From contig JBGQEL010000048.1 in the NCBI GenBank assembly GCA_041496385.1, positions 1-29,011 on the forward strand: a stretch of DNA of 29,011 nucleotides. The letters are read 5' to 3'. The notes beneath the pieces are model-generated. The model saw only the letters and a program-made list of their open reading frames with translations, did not search any database and had not been told where the DNA came from. The DNA comes from Candidatus Methylomirabilia bacterium (GTDB lineage Bacteria; Methylomirabilota; Methylomirabilia; Rokubacteriales; CSP1-6). Positions 1-8,851 of this stretch are shown here, in pieces. A program made the position numbers and the translations under genes. Position 1 is the first letter of the stretch. Each line of letters starts with the position of its first letter.

Positions 1-265
1 AGTTGGTGCCCGTCGCGGCACAGGCGTAGGCGATCTCCTCCTGGACGAGCGACAGGGCCAGGCAGCCCAGGTCGCTGCCGCCGTACTCCTCCGGGACCCA
101 CACCCCGTAGAGGCCGGCCTCGGCGACGGCGCGCATGGACTCCTCCGGGTACGCCTCGGCCTCGTCGTAGCGCGCGGCGTGCGGCGCGATGCGCTCGCGC
201 GCGATCTTCCGCGCGAGGTCCCGGATGGCCCTCTGGTCATCGGTCAGGTAGAACAGATCGTCCAT
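1..265 (-). CDS. Acyl-CoA dehydrogenase family protein, N-terminal part (runs off window start)
   Basis: Own translation from ATG at 265: MDDLFYLTDDQRAIRDLARKIARERIAPHAARYDEAEAYPEESMRAVAEAGLYGVWVPEEYGGSDLG..., a typical ACAD N-terminus with the PEEYGG motif. GAGGGGG RBS-like sequence just upstream. Not in the ORF track. Confidence 0.9.
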   Translation of the reverse strand, partial: MDDLFYLTDDQRAIRDLARKIARERIAPHAARYDEAEAYPEESMRAVAEAGLYGVWVPEEYGGSDLGCLALSLVQEEIAYACAATGTN

Positions 266-272
266 GGCCCCC

Positions 273-1448
273 TCAGATTACCCGACGGGCGCGGAGATCC
301 GCGAGCCTCTCGGGCGGGTAGCCGAGCACGCCGCCGTAGATCGCGTCGTTGTGCTCGCCGAGCCGCGGGGGAAACGCCAGCTCCGGCGGGGCGCCCACGG
401 GCGGCGCCGGCAGCAGGACGGCCAGGCCCGTGCGCGGGTCCGTCACGCGCTGCAGGCTCGGCGCGACCAGCGGATCGGCCACGACGTCGGCGAGCGTGCT
501 CACACGCGCGATCGGCACGCCGGCGCCCTGGCAGAGCGCCAGCGCCTCGGCCGTCGTCAGGGCGCGGAAGATCTCGCCCAGCTCGCGATGGAGGCTGGGC
601 GCGTCCTCGATGCGCCCGGCGTTGGTGTCGTACTCGGGCCGGGCGAGGCTCGCGAAGGCGGGCAGCCTCACGAGCGCCTCCCACTGCAGGTCGTTGCCGA
701 TCGCCACGTACACGTAGCCGTCGCGCGTCTGGAAGACCGAGACCGGCGCGAAGAACTGGTGCGTGTTGCCCTTGCGCGTGATCAGCTCGCCGAGGCTCGC
801 CGCCAGCAGGAGCGGGCTCACCATCCAGGACACCGCGCTGCGCAGCATCGACAGGTCGATCCGCGCCCCCTCGCCCGTCACCGCGCGCCGGTAGAGCGCC
901 TTCATGACCTCGCCGTAGCCGTGCTCAGCGGCGCCGAGGTCGACCATGGGCAGGCCGAACGCGGTCGGCGGGCCGTCGGGCTCGCCCGTCAGCTCCATGA
1001 AGCCGGCGCGCGCCTGGAGGATCGGGTCGTAGGCGGCCTCGTCGTGGTCGGGCCCGAAGCCCGTGATGCCGAGCCAGATCAGGTCGGGCTTGGCCCCACG
1101 CAGGTCGTCGTAGCCGATGCCGAGACGCGCGTAGCTCCGCGGGCGCTGGTTGCACGCGAACACGTCCACGCGCAGCCCCGCGATCAGCTCGCGGAGGATC
1201 GCGCGCCCCTCGGCCTCCGCGAGGTTCAGCGTGATCGCCTCCTTGCCGCAGTTGTTGGGCAGGAAGTAGCTGCGCATGTCGGGCTCGTCCAGAACATCCT
1301 GGCCGACGAAGCGGTTGGGGTCCGGATGCGCGGCGTTCTCGACGCGGATCACGCGCGCGCCGTCGCAGGCCAGGCGATAGGTCAGGAAGGGCAGGACGGT
1401 CGCCTGCTCCAGCGAAAGGACAGTGAGGCCGTCGAGCGGGCGGGTCAC
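273..1448 (-). CDS. CoA transferase family III (CaiB/BaiF)
   Basis: C-terminal 391 aa of ORF 273..2714, from GTG at 1448 overlapping the upstream stop (GTGA). Motifs PLDGLTVLSLEQ, NNCGKEAITLNL, GITGFG, AYDPILQARAG, GLPMVDLGAA (catalytic Asp), PPRLGEHN. Confidence 0.92.
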   Translation of the reverse strand: MTRPLDGLTVLSLEQATVLPFLTYRLACDGARVIRVENAAHPDPNRFVGQDVLDEPDMRSYFLPNNCGKEAITLNLAEAEGRAILRELIAGLRVDVFACNQRPRSYARLGIGYDDLRGAKPDLIWLGITGFGPDHDEAAYDPILQARAGFMELTGEPDGPPTAFGLPMVDLGAAEHGYGEVMKALYRRAVTGEGARIDLSMLRSAVSWMVSPLLLAASLGELITRKGNTHQFFAPVSVFQTRDGYVYVAIGNDLQWEALVRLPAFASLARPEYDTNAGRIEDAPSLHRELGEIFRALTTAEALALCQGAGVPIARVSTLADVVADPLVAPSLQRVTDPRTGLAVLLPAPPVGAPPELAFPPRLGEHNDAIYGGVLGYPPERLADLRARRVI

Positions 1449-2731
1449 CTTACGTCTCGCTTGTCCACGACGCGCACGGCCTTGCCCTGCGGCCGTTCCA
1501 GCTCGCCCTGCTTCAGGAGCCGGACTTCCGGCGAGAACGCCAGAAGATCGTGGAGCTGGTGGCGAATGCGGGCCGCGACGTCCGGATCGCAGCCCGGCTC
1601 GACCTCCAGCAGGATCGTCATGCGCTCGCCGCCGCCCGCCGCGTCGAGGAGGATCTGATATTCGTGACTGGCCCCGGGCTGGCGCAGCAGCAGCGTCTCG
1701 ATCTGTTGCGGGTAGAAGTTCACGCCCTTGAAGATGACCATGTCGTCCGTGCGCCCGCGCAGCCGGTCGAGCCGCAGCGCAGTCCGGCCGCAGTCGCAGG
1801 CGGCGCGCGACACCACGCGCGTGAGATCGTGCGTCCGGTAGCGGATGAGCGGCAGCCCCTCGCGCGTCAGCGTCGAAATGACCAGCTCGCCCTCCGTGCC
1901 GTCGGGCAGCGCGGCGCCGGTCCGCGGGTCGACGATCTCCGGGTGGTAGTGATCCTCCCAGACGTGGATCCCCGCGCGCGCGGCGCAGTCGATGCCCATC
2001 CCGGGACCGCCGCTCTCGGTCATCCCCACGATGTCGTAAGCGCGGATGCCGAGCTCGCGCTCGATCCGCACGCGCAGCTCGTCGGACCACATCTCGGAGC
2101 CGAAGATCCCGACGCGGAGCGAGAGCGAGGCGAGGTCGAACTTCTCCTCGCGCGCGACCTCGAGCATGCGCAGCGGGTAGGTCGCAATCGCGGTCACGAC
2201 CGTCGCCTTGAGGTCGCGCATGAGCCGGAGCTGGAGCGAGGTGCGCCCGGCGCCCGTCGGGATCACCATGGCGCCGAGCCGCTCGGCGCCATAGTGGAAG
2301 CCGAAGCCGCCCGTGAAGAGGCCGAACGAGGGCGTGATCTGGATCGTGTCGCGCGCCGTCACGCCCGCCGCGACGAAGCAGCGCGCCATCACCTCGCCCC
2401 ATTGCCCGATATCGGCCGCCGTGTAGGGGTTGAGGATCGGGTTGCCGGTCGTGCCGCTCGACATGTGGATACGCCGGTAGCCCTGCTCGCCCCCACACGC
2501 CAGGCCGAACGGGTAGGCGTCGCGCAGCTCGCCCTTGGTCAGGAACGGCAGCCGCCGCCAATCGTCGCGCCGCCGGATGTCGTCGGGCCGGACGCCGCCG
2601 AGCCGCAGCGCGTGGGCGGGGTTGCCGAGCGTGCGCGCGAGCGTCGCCCGCATCCGCTCGAGCCCGAGCGCGTCCAGGCGCTCGCGCGGGAGCGTCTCCA
2701 GCTCCGGCTGCCACATGGGCGCCGCGCTCAT
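1445..2731 (-). CDS. Phenylacetate-CoA ligase (PaaK)-family aryl/acyl-CoA ligase
   Basis: LPFLTKGELRDAYPFG, HMSSGTTGNP, GFGFHYGAE, GMTESGGPG, PLIRYRTHD, GRTDDMVIFKGVN, GKAVRVVDKR. Substrate not determinable. Confidence 0.9.
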   Translation of the reverse strand: MSAAPMWQPELETLPRERLDALGLERMRATLARTLGNPAHALRLGGVRPDDIRRRDDWRRLPFLTKGELRDAYPFGLACGGEQGYRRIHMSSGTTGNPILNPYTAADIGQWGEVMARCFVAAGVTARDTIQITPSFGLFTGGFGFHYGAERLGAMVIPTGAGRTSLQLRLMRDLKATVVTAIATYPLRMLEVAREEKFDLASLSLRVGIFGSEMWSDELRVRIERELGIRAYDIVGMTESGGPGMGIDCAARAGIHVWEDHYHPEIVDPRTGAALPDGTEGELVISTLTREGLPLIRYRTHDLTRVVSRAACDCGRTALRLDRLRGRTDDMVIFKGVNFYPQQIETLLLRQPGASHEYQILLDAAGGGERMTILLEVEPGCDPDVAARIRHQLHDLLAFSPEVRLLKQGELERPQGKAVRVVDKRDVR

Positions 2732-3447
2732 GCCTTGGCCAGCCCCAGGTAGGCGGAGCGCACGCGCGGGTCCTCGCCGAGCGCCCGGCTCGTGCCCGCG
2801 ACGGCGACGCGGCCGGTCTCGAGCACGTAGCCGCGCGCGGCGAGCCGCAGCGCGCGCCGCGCGTTCTGCTCGACGAGCAGCACGGCGACGCCCGTCTCGT
2901 TGATCCGCGTGATCGTCCGGAAGATCTCGCGCGCGAGCATGGGCGCCAGGCCGAGCGACGGCTCGTCGAGCAGGAGCAGCCGCGGCCGCGTCATGAGCGC
3001 GCGCGCGATCGCGAGCATCTGCTGCTCGCCGCCGGAGAGCGTCGAGGCGAGCTGGCGCTGCCGCTCGCGGAGCACGGGATAGAGCCGGAAGGCGTCCTCG
3101 AGCCGGGCGCCGACGTCCGCGCGCGCAACCGTATGTCCGCCGACCAGGAGGTTCTCGAGCACGGTGAACTCGGGGAACACCTCGCGGCCCTCGGGCACGT
3201 GGCTCACCCCCGCGGCCACGATGGCGTCGGCGGGCGCGCGCGTGATGTCGCGCCCCTCGAGGACGATGCGGCCCCGCGCGGGGCGGACGAGGCCCGAGAT
3301 CGCCCGGAGCGTCGTGGACTTGCCGCTGCCGTTGGCGCCGAGCAGCGTCACGATCTCCCCCTGCTTGACCATGAGGCCGACGCCCTCGACGGCGCGGCGC
3401 TTGCCGTAGAACACGGTGAGGTCCTCGACCTCGAGCGTCGCCGGCAT
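2728..3447 (-). CDS. Branched-chain amino acid-type ABC transporter ATP-binding protein (LivF-like)
   Basis: Walker A GANGSGKST, VPEGREVF, LSGGEQQM, LLLDEPSLGLAP, LLVEQNA. Confidence 0.95.
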   Translation of the reverse strand: MPATLEVEDLTVFYGKRRAVEGVGLMVKQGEIVTLLGANGSGKSTTLRAISGLVRPARGRIVLEGRDITRAPADAIVAAGVSHVPEGREVFPEFTVLENLLVGGHTVARADVGARLEDAFRLYPVLRERQRQLASTLSGGEQQMLAIARALMTRPRLLLLDEPSLGLAPMLAREIFRTITRINETGVAVLLVEQNARRALRLAARGYVLETGRVAVAGTSRALGEDPRVRSAYLGLAKA

Positions 3448-4208
3448 TAGTCGGTCTCGCTTCCGAGGTAGGCCTCGACGACCGCCGGGTCCGTCGCGAT
3501 CTGGGACGGCTTGCCCTCCGCGATCTTGCGCCCGTCGTTGAGGACCGCGATCCGGTCCGAGATCCCCATGACCAGCTCCATGTCGTGCTCGACCACGAGG
3601 ATCGTCAACCCGCGCTCCTCGCGCAGCCGGACGATCAGCTCCATCAGCGTCTGCGTCTCGGTCGTGTTGAGACCGCCCGCCGGCTCGTCGAGGAGCAGGA
3701 GCCTGGGCTCGGAGGCGAGCGCCCGCGCCAGCTCGAGCCGCTTCTGCAGGCCGAGCGGCAGGCTCCCCGCCTCCACCCCGGCCACGCCGGTGAGGCCGAG
3801 CCGCTCGAGCAACGCGCGGGCCGTGTCGCGCGCCGCGGCCTCCTCCCGCCGGACCGTGCCCACGCCGAGCGCGCCGCGGAGCGCGCCGCCGCGGAGGTGG
3901 ACGTGGCGGCCCACGAGGACGTTGTCGAGCACGCTGAGCCCCCGGAACACTTCCGTGTTCTGGAACGTCCGCGCGATCCCGCGCCGGGCGATCGCGTGCG
4001 GCGCCAGCGCGAGCAGGTCCTGCCCCAAAAACCGCACGCGGCCCCCGGACGGCCGGTAGAGTCCGGTCACGATGTTGAACACCGTGGATTTCCCGGCCCC
4101 GTTGGGGCCGATCAGCGCGAAGATCTCCCGCTCGGCGACCTCGAAGGACAAGCCGCTGAGCGCGGCGAGCCCGCCGAAGTTGATCGAGAGATCTTCGACG
4201 CTGAGCAC
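3447..4208 (-). CDS. Branched-chain amino acid-type ABC transporter ATP-binding protein (LivG-like)
   Basis: From GTG at 4208 (VLSVEDLSINFGGLAAL). GPNGAGKST, RTFQN, LLLDEPAGG, VVEHDM, VVEAYLG. Stop overlaps next start (TAATG). Confidence 0.93.
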   Translation of the reverse strand: MLSVEDLSINFGGLAALSGLSFEVAEREIFALIGPNGAGKSTVFNIVTGLYRPSGGRVRFLGQDLLALAPHAIARRGIARTFQNTEVFRGLSVLDNVLVGRHVHLRGGALRGALGVGTVRREEAAARDTARALLERLGLTGVAGVEAGSLPLGLQKRLELARALASEPRLLLLDEPAGGLNTTETQTLMELIVRLREERGLTILVVEHDMELVMGISDRIAVLNDGRKIAEGKPSQIATDPAVVEAYLGSETD

Positions 4209-4213
4209 GCGCC

Positions 4214-5374
4214 CTAGTCCGCCTTGAGCCACTCCGTGAGCTGCTTGAAGCGCGTCTTCTCGACGCGGACCCAGAAGCCCTGCTTCTGCGTCTCGTGGTC
4301 CTTGCCGATCGTGAGCGGCGGCAGGATGCCGCTCTCCCAGCCCTTGATGCTCTCGAGCGCCGTGATGAGCGAGTCGCGCGTGAGATTCTTGCCCGCGCGC
4401 TTGGCGGCCTCGGTGAAGAGCAGGCCGGCGAAGTAGCCTGCGAGCGAGTACCGGTTCGGCGCGTTCTTCGGGAAATACCGGAGCATGTGCTCGCGGTAGA
4501 GCTGGAGGCCCGGCAGGTCGGAGGTCAGCGGGTCCGGCCAGAGCGCCAGCCCCTCGACGCCTTCGGCCGCGTCCGCGGCCAGGTTCAGATAGGCCTCGTC
4601 GGTGAGCGGCCCCGTCGAGACCATGAGCGTCTCGGTCCAGCCGATCTTCTGCCGCTCCTTGAGCGCCTGCGCCGCGGGCCCCGGCGTGAGCACGAGGAAG
4701 GTCACCTCGGCCTTGGAGGCCTGGAGCTTGGCGATCTGGGCGCTCACGTCGCTCACGCCGCGCTTGACCGACTCGGCGGCGACGAGCTTCAAGTTGAAGC
4801 GCCCGAGGTCCTTCTCGAACGCGGTCAAATACGATTTGCCGTACTCGTCGTCCTGGTAGAGCGCCGCGAACTTCTTGTACTTCCGCGGGCCGGCCAGATA
4901 GTCGATCATCATCTTCGACGACCGGTCGCTCACCGTCATGCCCTGGAACACGTACTTCTTGCCGCGCGTGACCGGCGAGCTCTGGTACGGAAACAGCAGC
5001 GGGACCTTTTGCTCCTCGAGGTACTCCAGCGTCGCCACGACGGGCGGCGAGCCCTGCGGGGCGATGACCGCGAAGATCCGGTCCTGCTCGACGAGCTTCT
5101 TGGTGTTGGCCACGGCGTCCTGCGGCCGGTAGCCGTCGTCGTAGTAGATCGTGCGGATCTTCCGGCCATTGATGCCGCCGGCGTCGTTGACGACCTTGAA
5201 GGCGAGGTCCACCCCGAACTTGGTGAGCTGATCGCCCGTGAACGCGAGCGGGCCCGAGAACGAGTTCGAGCTGCCGAGGAGGATCTCGGTATCGGTGACG
5301 CCCTGCTGGGCGGCGGCGGGGACCGCGGCCAGCAGCAGGAGCAGCCCCAGCGACAGCATCCATCGGAATCTCAT
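4214..5374 (-). CDS. ABC transporter periplasmic substrate-binding protein (LivK/Peripla_BP_6 type)
   Basis: From ATG at 5374: signal peptide MRFRWMLSLGLLLLLAAVPAAA-QQ, GVTDTEILLG, VNDAGGINGRKI, DDGYRP, YQDDEYGKS. Strong RBS AAAGGAGA upstream. Confidence 0.92.
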   Translation of the reverse strand: MRFRWMLSLGLLLLLAAVPAAAQQGVTDTEILLGSSNSFSGPLAFTGDQLTKFGVDLAFKVVNDAGGINGRKIRTIYYDDGYRPQDAVANTKKLVEQDRIFAVIAPQGSPPVVATLEYLEEQKVPLLFPYQSSPVTRGKKYVFQGMTVSDRSSKMMIDYLAGPRKYKKFAALYQDDEYGKSYLTAFEKDLGRFNLKLVAAESVKRGVSDVSAQIAKLQASKAEVTFLVLTPGPAAQALKERQKIGWTETLMVSTGPLTDEAYLNLAADAAEGVEGLALWPDPLTSDLPGLQLYREHMLRYFPKNAPNRYSLAGYFAGLLFTEAAKRAGKNLTRDSLITALESIKGWESGILPPLTIGKDHETQKQGFWVRVEKTRFKQLTEWLKAD

Positions 5375-6294
5375 GTGGTGTCTCCTTTCGAGAATCGGAG
5401 GGCGCGCGCGACGCCCCCCGGCATGAACAGCATCGAGGCGATCAAAATAGCGCCGAAGATCAGCGGCCGGTAGTTCTGGAAGCCCACGAGGGTGTCGTTG
5501 AGCACGGTGAGCAGCGCGGCGCCCACGATCGAGCCGGGCACCGAGCCGAGGCCGCCCACGATGATCATCGCGACGAAGTCCACCGACAGGAAGACGTCGA
5601 ACGCGTCGGGCGACAGGAAGCCGACGACGAAGGCGAAGAGCCCGCCCGCCACGCCGGTGTAGATCGCCGAGATGACGAAGGCGAGCGTCTTGTAGCGCGC
5701 CAGGTGGACGCCGCTCGCCTGCGCCGCCACCTCGCTCTCGCGGATCGCGAGCAGGGCGCGCCCCGTCCGCGTCCGGGCCAGGTTGAGCGCGGCCCACACC
5801 ATCAGGGCGCCCACAGCCAGGACCAGGTAGTAGCGCGCCGAGTCCGTCGCGAAGGCCCACGGGCCCAGGCGCGCGGCGGGCACGCGCAGGCCGTCGTTGC
5901 CGCGCGTGAGCCAGTCGAGGTTCAGGATGGCCTCGACGACGACGAAGCCGAAGGCGAGCGTCGCCATGGCGAGGTAGAGCCCCTCGAGCCGCAGGCACGG
6001 GACCCCGAGCAGGAGGCCGACGAGCCCGGTGACGACCGCCGCGGCGAGGAGCGTCAGGACGACGGGAACCCCGGGCCAGCGCGTCGTGACGATCGCCGCC
6101 GTGTAGGCGCCGACCGCGAGGAAGCCCGCGTGGCCGAACGAGAGCTGGTTCGTGTAGCCCGACAGGAGATTGAGCCCGATGGCCACGATCGCGTTCACGA
6201 CGATGAGGCTCGCCAGAAACACGAAGTAGCGCGGCGAGACCCATGGCCACGCCAGCAGGGCCAGAGCGCCGAGCCCGAGCGCCGCGCGCGCCAT
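5371..6294 (-). CDS. ABC transporter permease (LivM-like)
   Basis: From ATG at 6294 (TGATG overlap). GLNLLSGYTNQLSFGHAGF, LEGLYLAMATLAFG, GRALLAIRESEVAA, IIVGGLGS. Hydrophobic. Confidence 0.93.
   Translation of the reverse strand: MARAALGLGALALLAWPWVSPRYFVFLASLIVVNAIVAIGLNLLSGYTNQLSFGHAGFLAVGAYTAAIVTTRWPGVPVVLTLLAAAVVTGLVGLLLGVPCLRLEGLYLAMATLAFGFVVVEAILNLDWLTRGNDGLRVPAARLGPWAFATDSARYYLVLAVGALMVWAALNLARTRTGRALLAIRESEVAAQASGVHLARYKTLAFVISAIYTGVAGGLFAFVVGFLSPDAFDVFLSVDFVAMIIVGGLGSVPGSIVGAALLTVLNDTLVGFQNYRPLIFGAILIASMLFMPGGVARALRFSKGDTT
5381..5388 (-). promoter_or_regulatory. Shine-Dalgarno sequence for the substrate-binding protein
   Basis: Minus strand reads AAAGGAGA-CACCAC-ATG. It is the strongest RBS seen in the operon, consistent with high expression of a binding protein. 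Confidence 0.7.
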
Positions 6295-7172
6295 CAGACC
6301 TTCCGCCGCGCCACGCGGCCGACCACGCCCGCGGGGCGGACTATCAAGATTCCGATCAGAAGGAGAAACGGCACCGAGTGCTTGATGCCGGACGGCAGAT
6401 AGAGCGGCGCCAGGTTCTCGAGGACGCCGAGCAGCATGCCGCCCACGACGGCGCCCGGCATGGACCCGAAGCCGCCGAGGACCGCCGCGATGAAGCCGTT
6501 GATCGCCACCAAGCCCATCTTGGACGAGAGGAAGATGACCGGCGCGATCAGCACGCCCGCGACGGCGCCGACGGCGGCGGCCAGCATCCACGAGGCCGAG
6601 TAGACGCGCTCGACGCTGATCCCCATGAGCCGCGCGGCGCGCTGGTTCTGGGCGACGGCGCGCATCGCGCGGCCGAACCGGGTGCGCGCGAACAGCAGAT
6701 AGAGCGCCAGCATGAGGGTGAGCGACGCGCCGATGATCCCGAGCGAGACGGGCGCGACGCGTACCGGGCCGACGGCGACGGGCCGGTTGGGGAAGAACGA
6801 GGGGAACGGAAACTCGTCGTGCGTCCACACGACGCCCGCCGCCGAGCGCAGCACCAGCGAGAGGCCAAGCGTGATGATGAGCACGTCGAAGTGCGTCGCG
6901 GCGATGGCGTGGCGGATGACCAGGCGCTCGATCAGCCAGCCGAGCGCTGCCGCGGCTGCGACGGCGACCAGGAGCACGACGGCGAGCGGGAGCCTCAGGT
7001 GCTGGTAGGCGGTCCAGCCCACGAAGGTCGAGATCATGAGCATCTCGCCCTGCGCGAAGTTGAGCGTACGTGTCGCGTTGTAGATGATGACAAGGCTGAT
7101 CGCCACGAGCGCGTAGATCGAGCCCGTGGCGAGCCCGCTGACGATCACGTGGACGAGCGCGGCCGTCGTCAC
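6294..7172 (-). CDS. ABC transporter permease (LivH-like)
   Basis: GLATGSIYALVA, LNFAQGEM, TRFGRAMRAVAQN, FIAAVLGGFGS, RPAG. Confidence 0.94.
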   Translation of the reverse strand: MTTAALVHVIVSGLATGSIYALVAISLVIIYNATRTLNFAQGEMLMISTFVGWTAYQHLRLPLAVVLLVAVAAAAALGWLIERLVIRHAIAATHFDVLIITLGLSLVLRSAAGVVWTHDEFPFPSFFPNRPVAVGPVRVAPVSLGIIGASLTLMLALYLLFARTRFGRAMRAVAQNQRAARLMGISVERVYSASWMLAAAVGAVAGVLIAPVIFLSSKMGLVAINGFIAAVLGGFGSMPGAVVGGMLLGVLENLAPLYLPSGIKHSVPFLLLIGILIVRPAGVVGRVARRKV

Positions 7173-8851
7173 GGGTCGATCTGCGCGCCGTACTCGCGGC
7201 GGGCCGCCTCGCGGGAGATCACGCCGTCGCGCACCTCGGCGGCGAGGGTCTCGCGGGAGCGGAGCCGCGGATCGCCGTAGCCGCCGCCGCCGCCGGCGCG
7301 CTGGTGGAAGACCGTGCCCCGCGGAATGGACGTCACGTCCTTCGAGCGCGGCACGAGCACGCCCCCGTCGGGCGTGCGCAGCTCGAGCGTGTTGAGGCTT
7401 CCGGGCCCGCCGCCGAACAGCCCGAACGCGCGCGCCTCCTCGTCCACGCCGTCGCCGAAGGTGATCCCGGTGACCTCCTCGCCGTGGATCTCGAACTCCG
7501 TCTCGACGCCGAGGCCGCCGCGCCAGCGCCCGGGGCCGGCCGAGTCGATCAAATATTCGTGCTTGCGCAGGCGGTGCGGCGTCTGGACCTCGAGCATCTC
7601 ATAGTCCTGCGCGAGCAGACCGCCCGCCGTGTTGATGAGACCGATGTGATCGTAGCCGTCGCAGCCCAGGACGGCCCCCGAGCCGCCCTTGAGCGCCAGG
7701 AAGAGGATGTCGACGTAGCGGCGGCCGCGCCGCGGGTCGACGCCCGTCACCGTCATGCCGAGCATCCGGTTCCAGCCGGCCGAGACGCGCTCGGGCAGCG
7801 CGGGCGCGAGCGCGCGGAAGATCGCGTCCGAGTGCGGGCCCGCCAGCGTGTTGCCGAAGGTCGTCGCCGCGGGAAAGTCCGCGTTGAGGATCGTCCCCTT
7901 CGGCAGACTGACGCTGATCGGACGGAGGAGCCCTTCGTTGTGGGGCAGATCGGGATCCACCAGCATGAGCAGCGTGAGGACGATCGCCGAAAACGAGGAC
8001 GCGTAGGGGGCGTTCACGAAGCCCGGGGTCTGCGGATCGGTGCCCGCGTAGTCGAGGTGGATGTCGCTGCCCCGCTTCGTGATCGTCACGACGATGCGGT
8101 GGCGGCTCCCGGGGTTCACGCCGTCGTAGAACACGGTGGACTCGCCACGGTAGATCCCGTCGGGGATGCGCGCCAGCTCGCCGCGCATCCGCCGCTCGGT
8201 CGCGTCGAACAGGAACTCCAGATGGCGCTCGATCGTCTCGGCGCCGTGGCGGCGGTAGAGCTCCAGCACGCCGCGCTCGCCGACGACGGTCCCGCCGATC
8301 TGCGCCTGGAGATCCTCGCCCACGATCGGCAGCCGGACGTTCGCCAGCAGGAGGTTCCAAACATCGCGCCGGAGCCGGCCGCGCTCGACGAGGCGCAGCG
8401 CCGGGATTCGCAGCGCCTCCTGCCAGACCTCGGTCGCGCGGGGGTTGTAGCCGCCCGCCTGCGCGCCGCCGATGTCCGCCTGGTGGCCCTTCGTGGCCGC
8501 CCACGCGACCAGCCGCGCCTCGTGGAAGACGGGGCGGAAGACGGCGACGTCGTTGTTCTGGTTGCCCCCCGAGAAGACGTCGTTGTGCAGGAAGACGTCG
8601 CCCGGGTGCACGTCGTCCTCGAACGCTTCGATGACCGCGCGCAGCGCCGGCTGGAGCGCGAAGGCCAGGATCGGGATGTACTCCGCCTGCTCGAGGATGC
8701 GGCCGCGCGCGTCGTAGAGCCCGGTGACGAAATCGCGCGCCTCGCTGAGAATCGGCGAGCGCGTGGTCCGCAGCAGCGTCAGCCCCATCTCCTGCGTGAT
8801 CGCCCTGAGCCGCCGCTGCAAAACCGACACGAGCACGACGTCCACGCTCAC
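7169..8851 (-). CDS. Hydantoinase B/oxoprolinase family subunit (copy 2, divergent metal site)
   Basis: From GTG at 8851 (GTGA overlap). TRSPILSEARDF, NDVFSGGNQNND, HQADIGG, QEALRIP, DSAGPGRWRGG, AGGGGGYGDP, VISREAARREYG. Confidence 0.92.
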   Translation of the reverse strand: MSVDVVLVSVLQRRLRAITQEMGLTLLRTTRSPILSEARDFVTGLYDARGRILEQAEYIPILAFALQPALRAVIEAFEDDVHPGDVFLHNDVFSGGNQNNDVAVFRPVFHEARLVAWAATKGHQADIGGAQAGGYNPRATEVWQEALRIPALRLVERGRLRRDVWNLLLANVRLPIVGEDLQAQIGGTVVGERGVLELYRRHGAETIERHLEFLFDATERRMRGELARIPDGIYRGESTVFYDGVNPGSRHRIVVTITKRGSDIHLDYAGTDPQTPGFVNAPYASSFSAIVLTLLMLVDPDLPHNEGLLRPISVSLPKGTILNADFPAATTFGNTLAGPHSDAIFRALAPALPERVSAGWNRMLGMTVTGVDPRRGRRYVDILFLALKGGSGAVLGCDGYDHIGLINTAGGLLAQDYEMLEVQTPHRLRKHEYLIDSAGPGRWRGGLGVETEFEIHGEEVTGITFGDGVDEEARAFGLFGGGPGSLNTLELRTPDGGVLVPRSKDVTSIPRGTVFHQRAGGGGGYGDPRLRSRETLAAEVRDGVISREAARREYGAQIDP

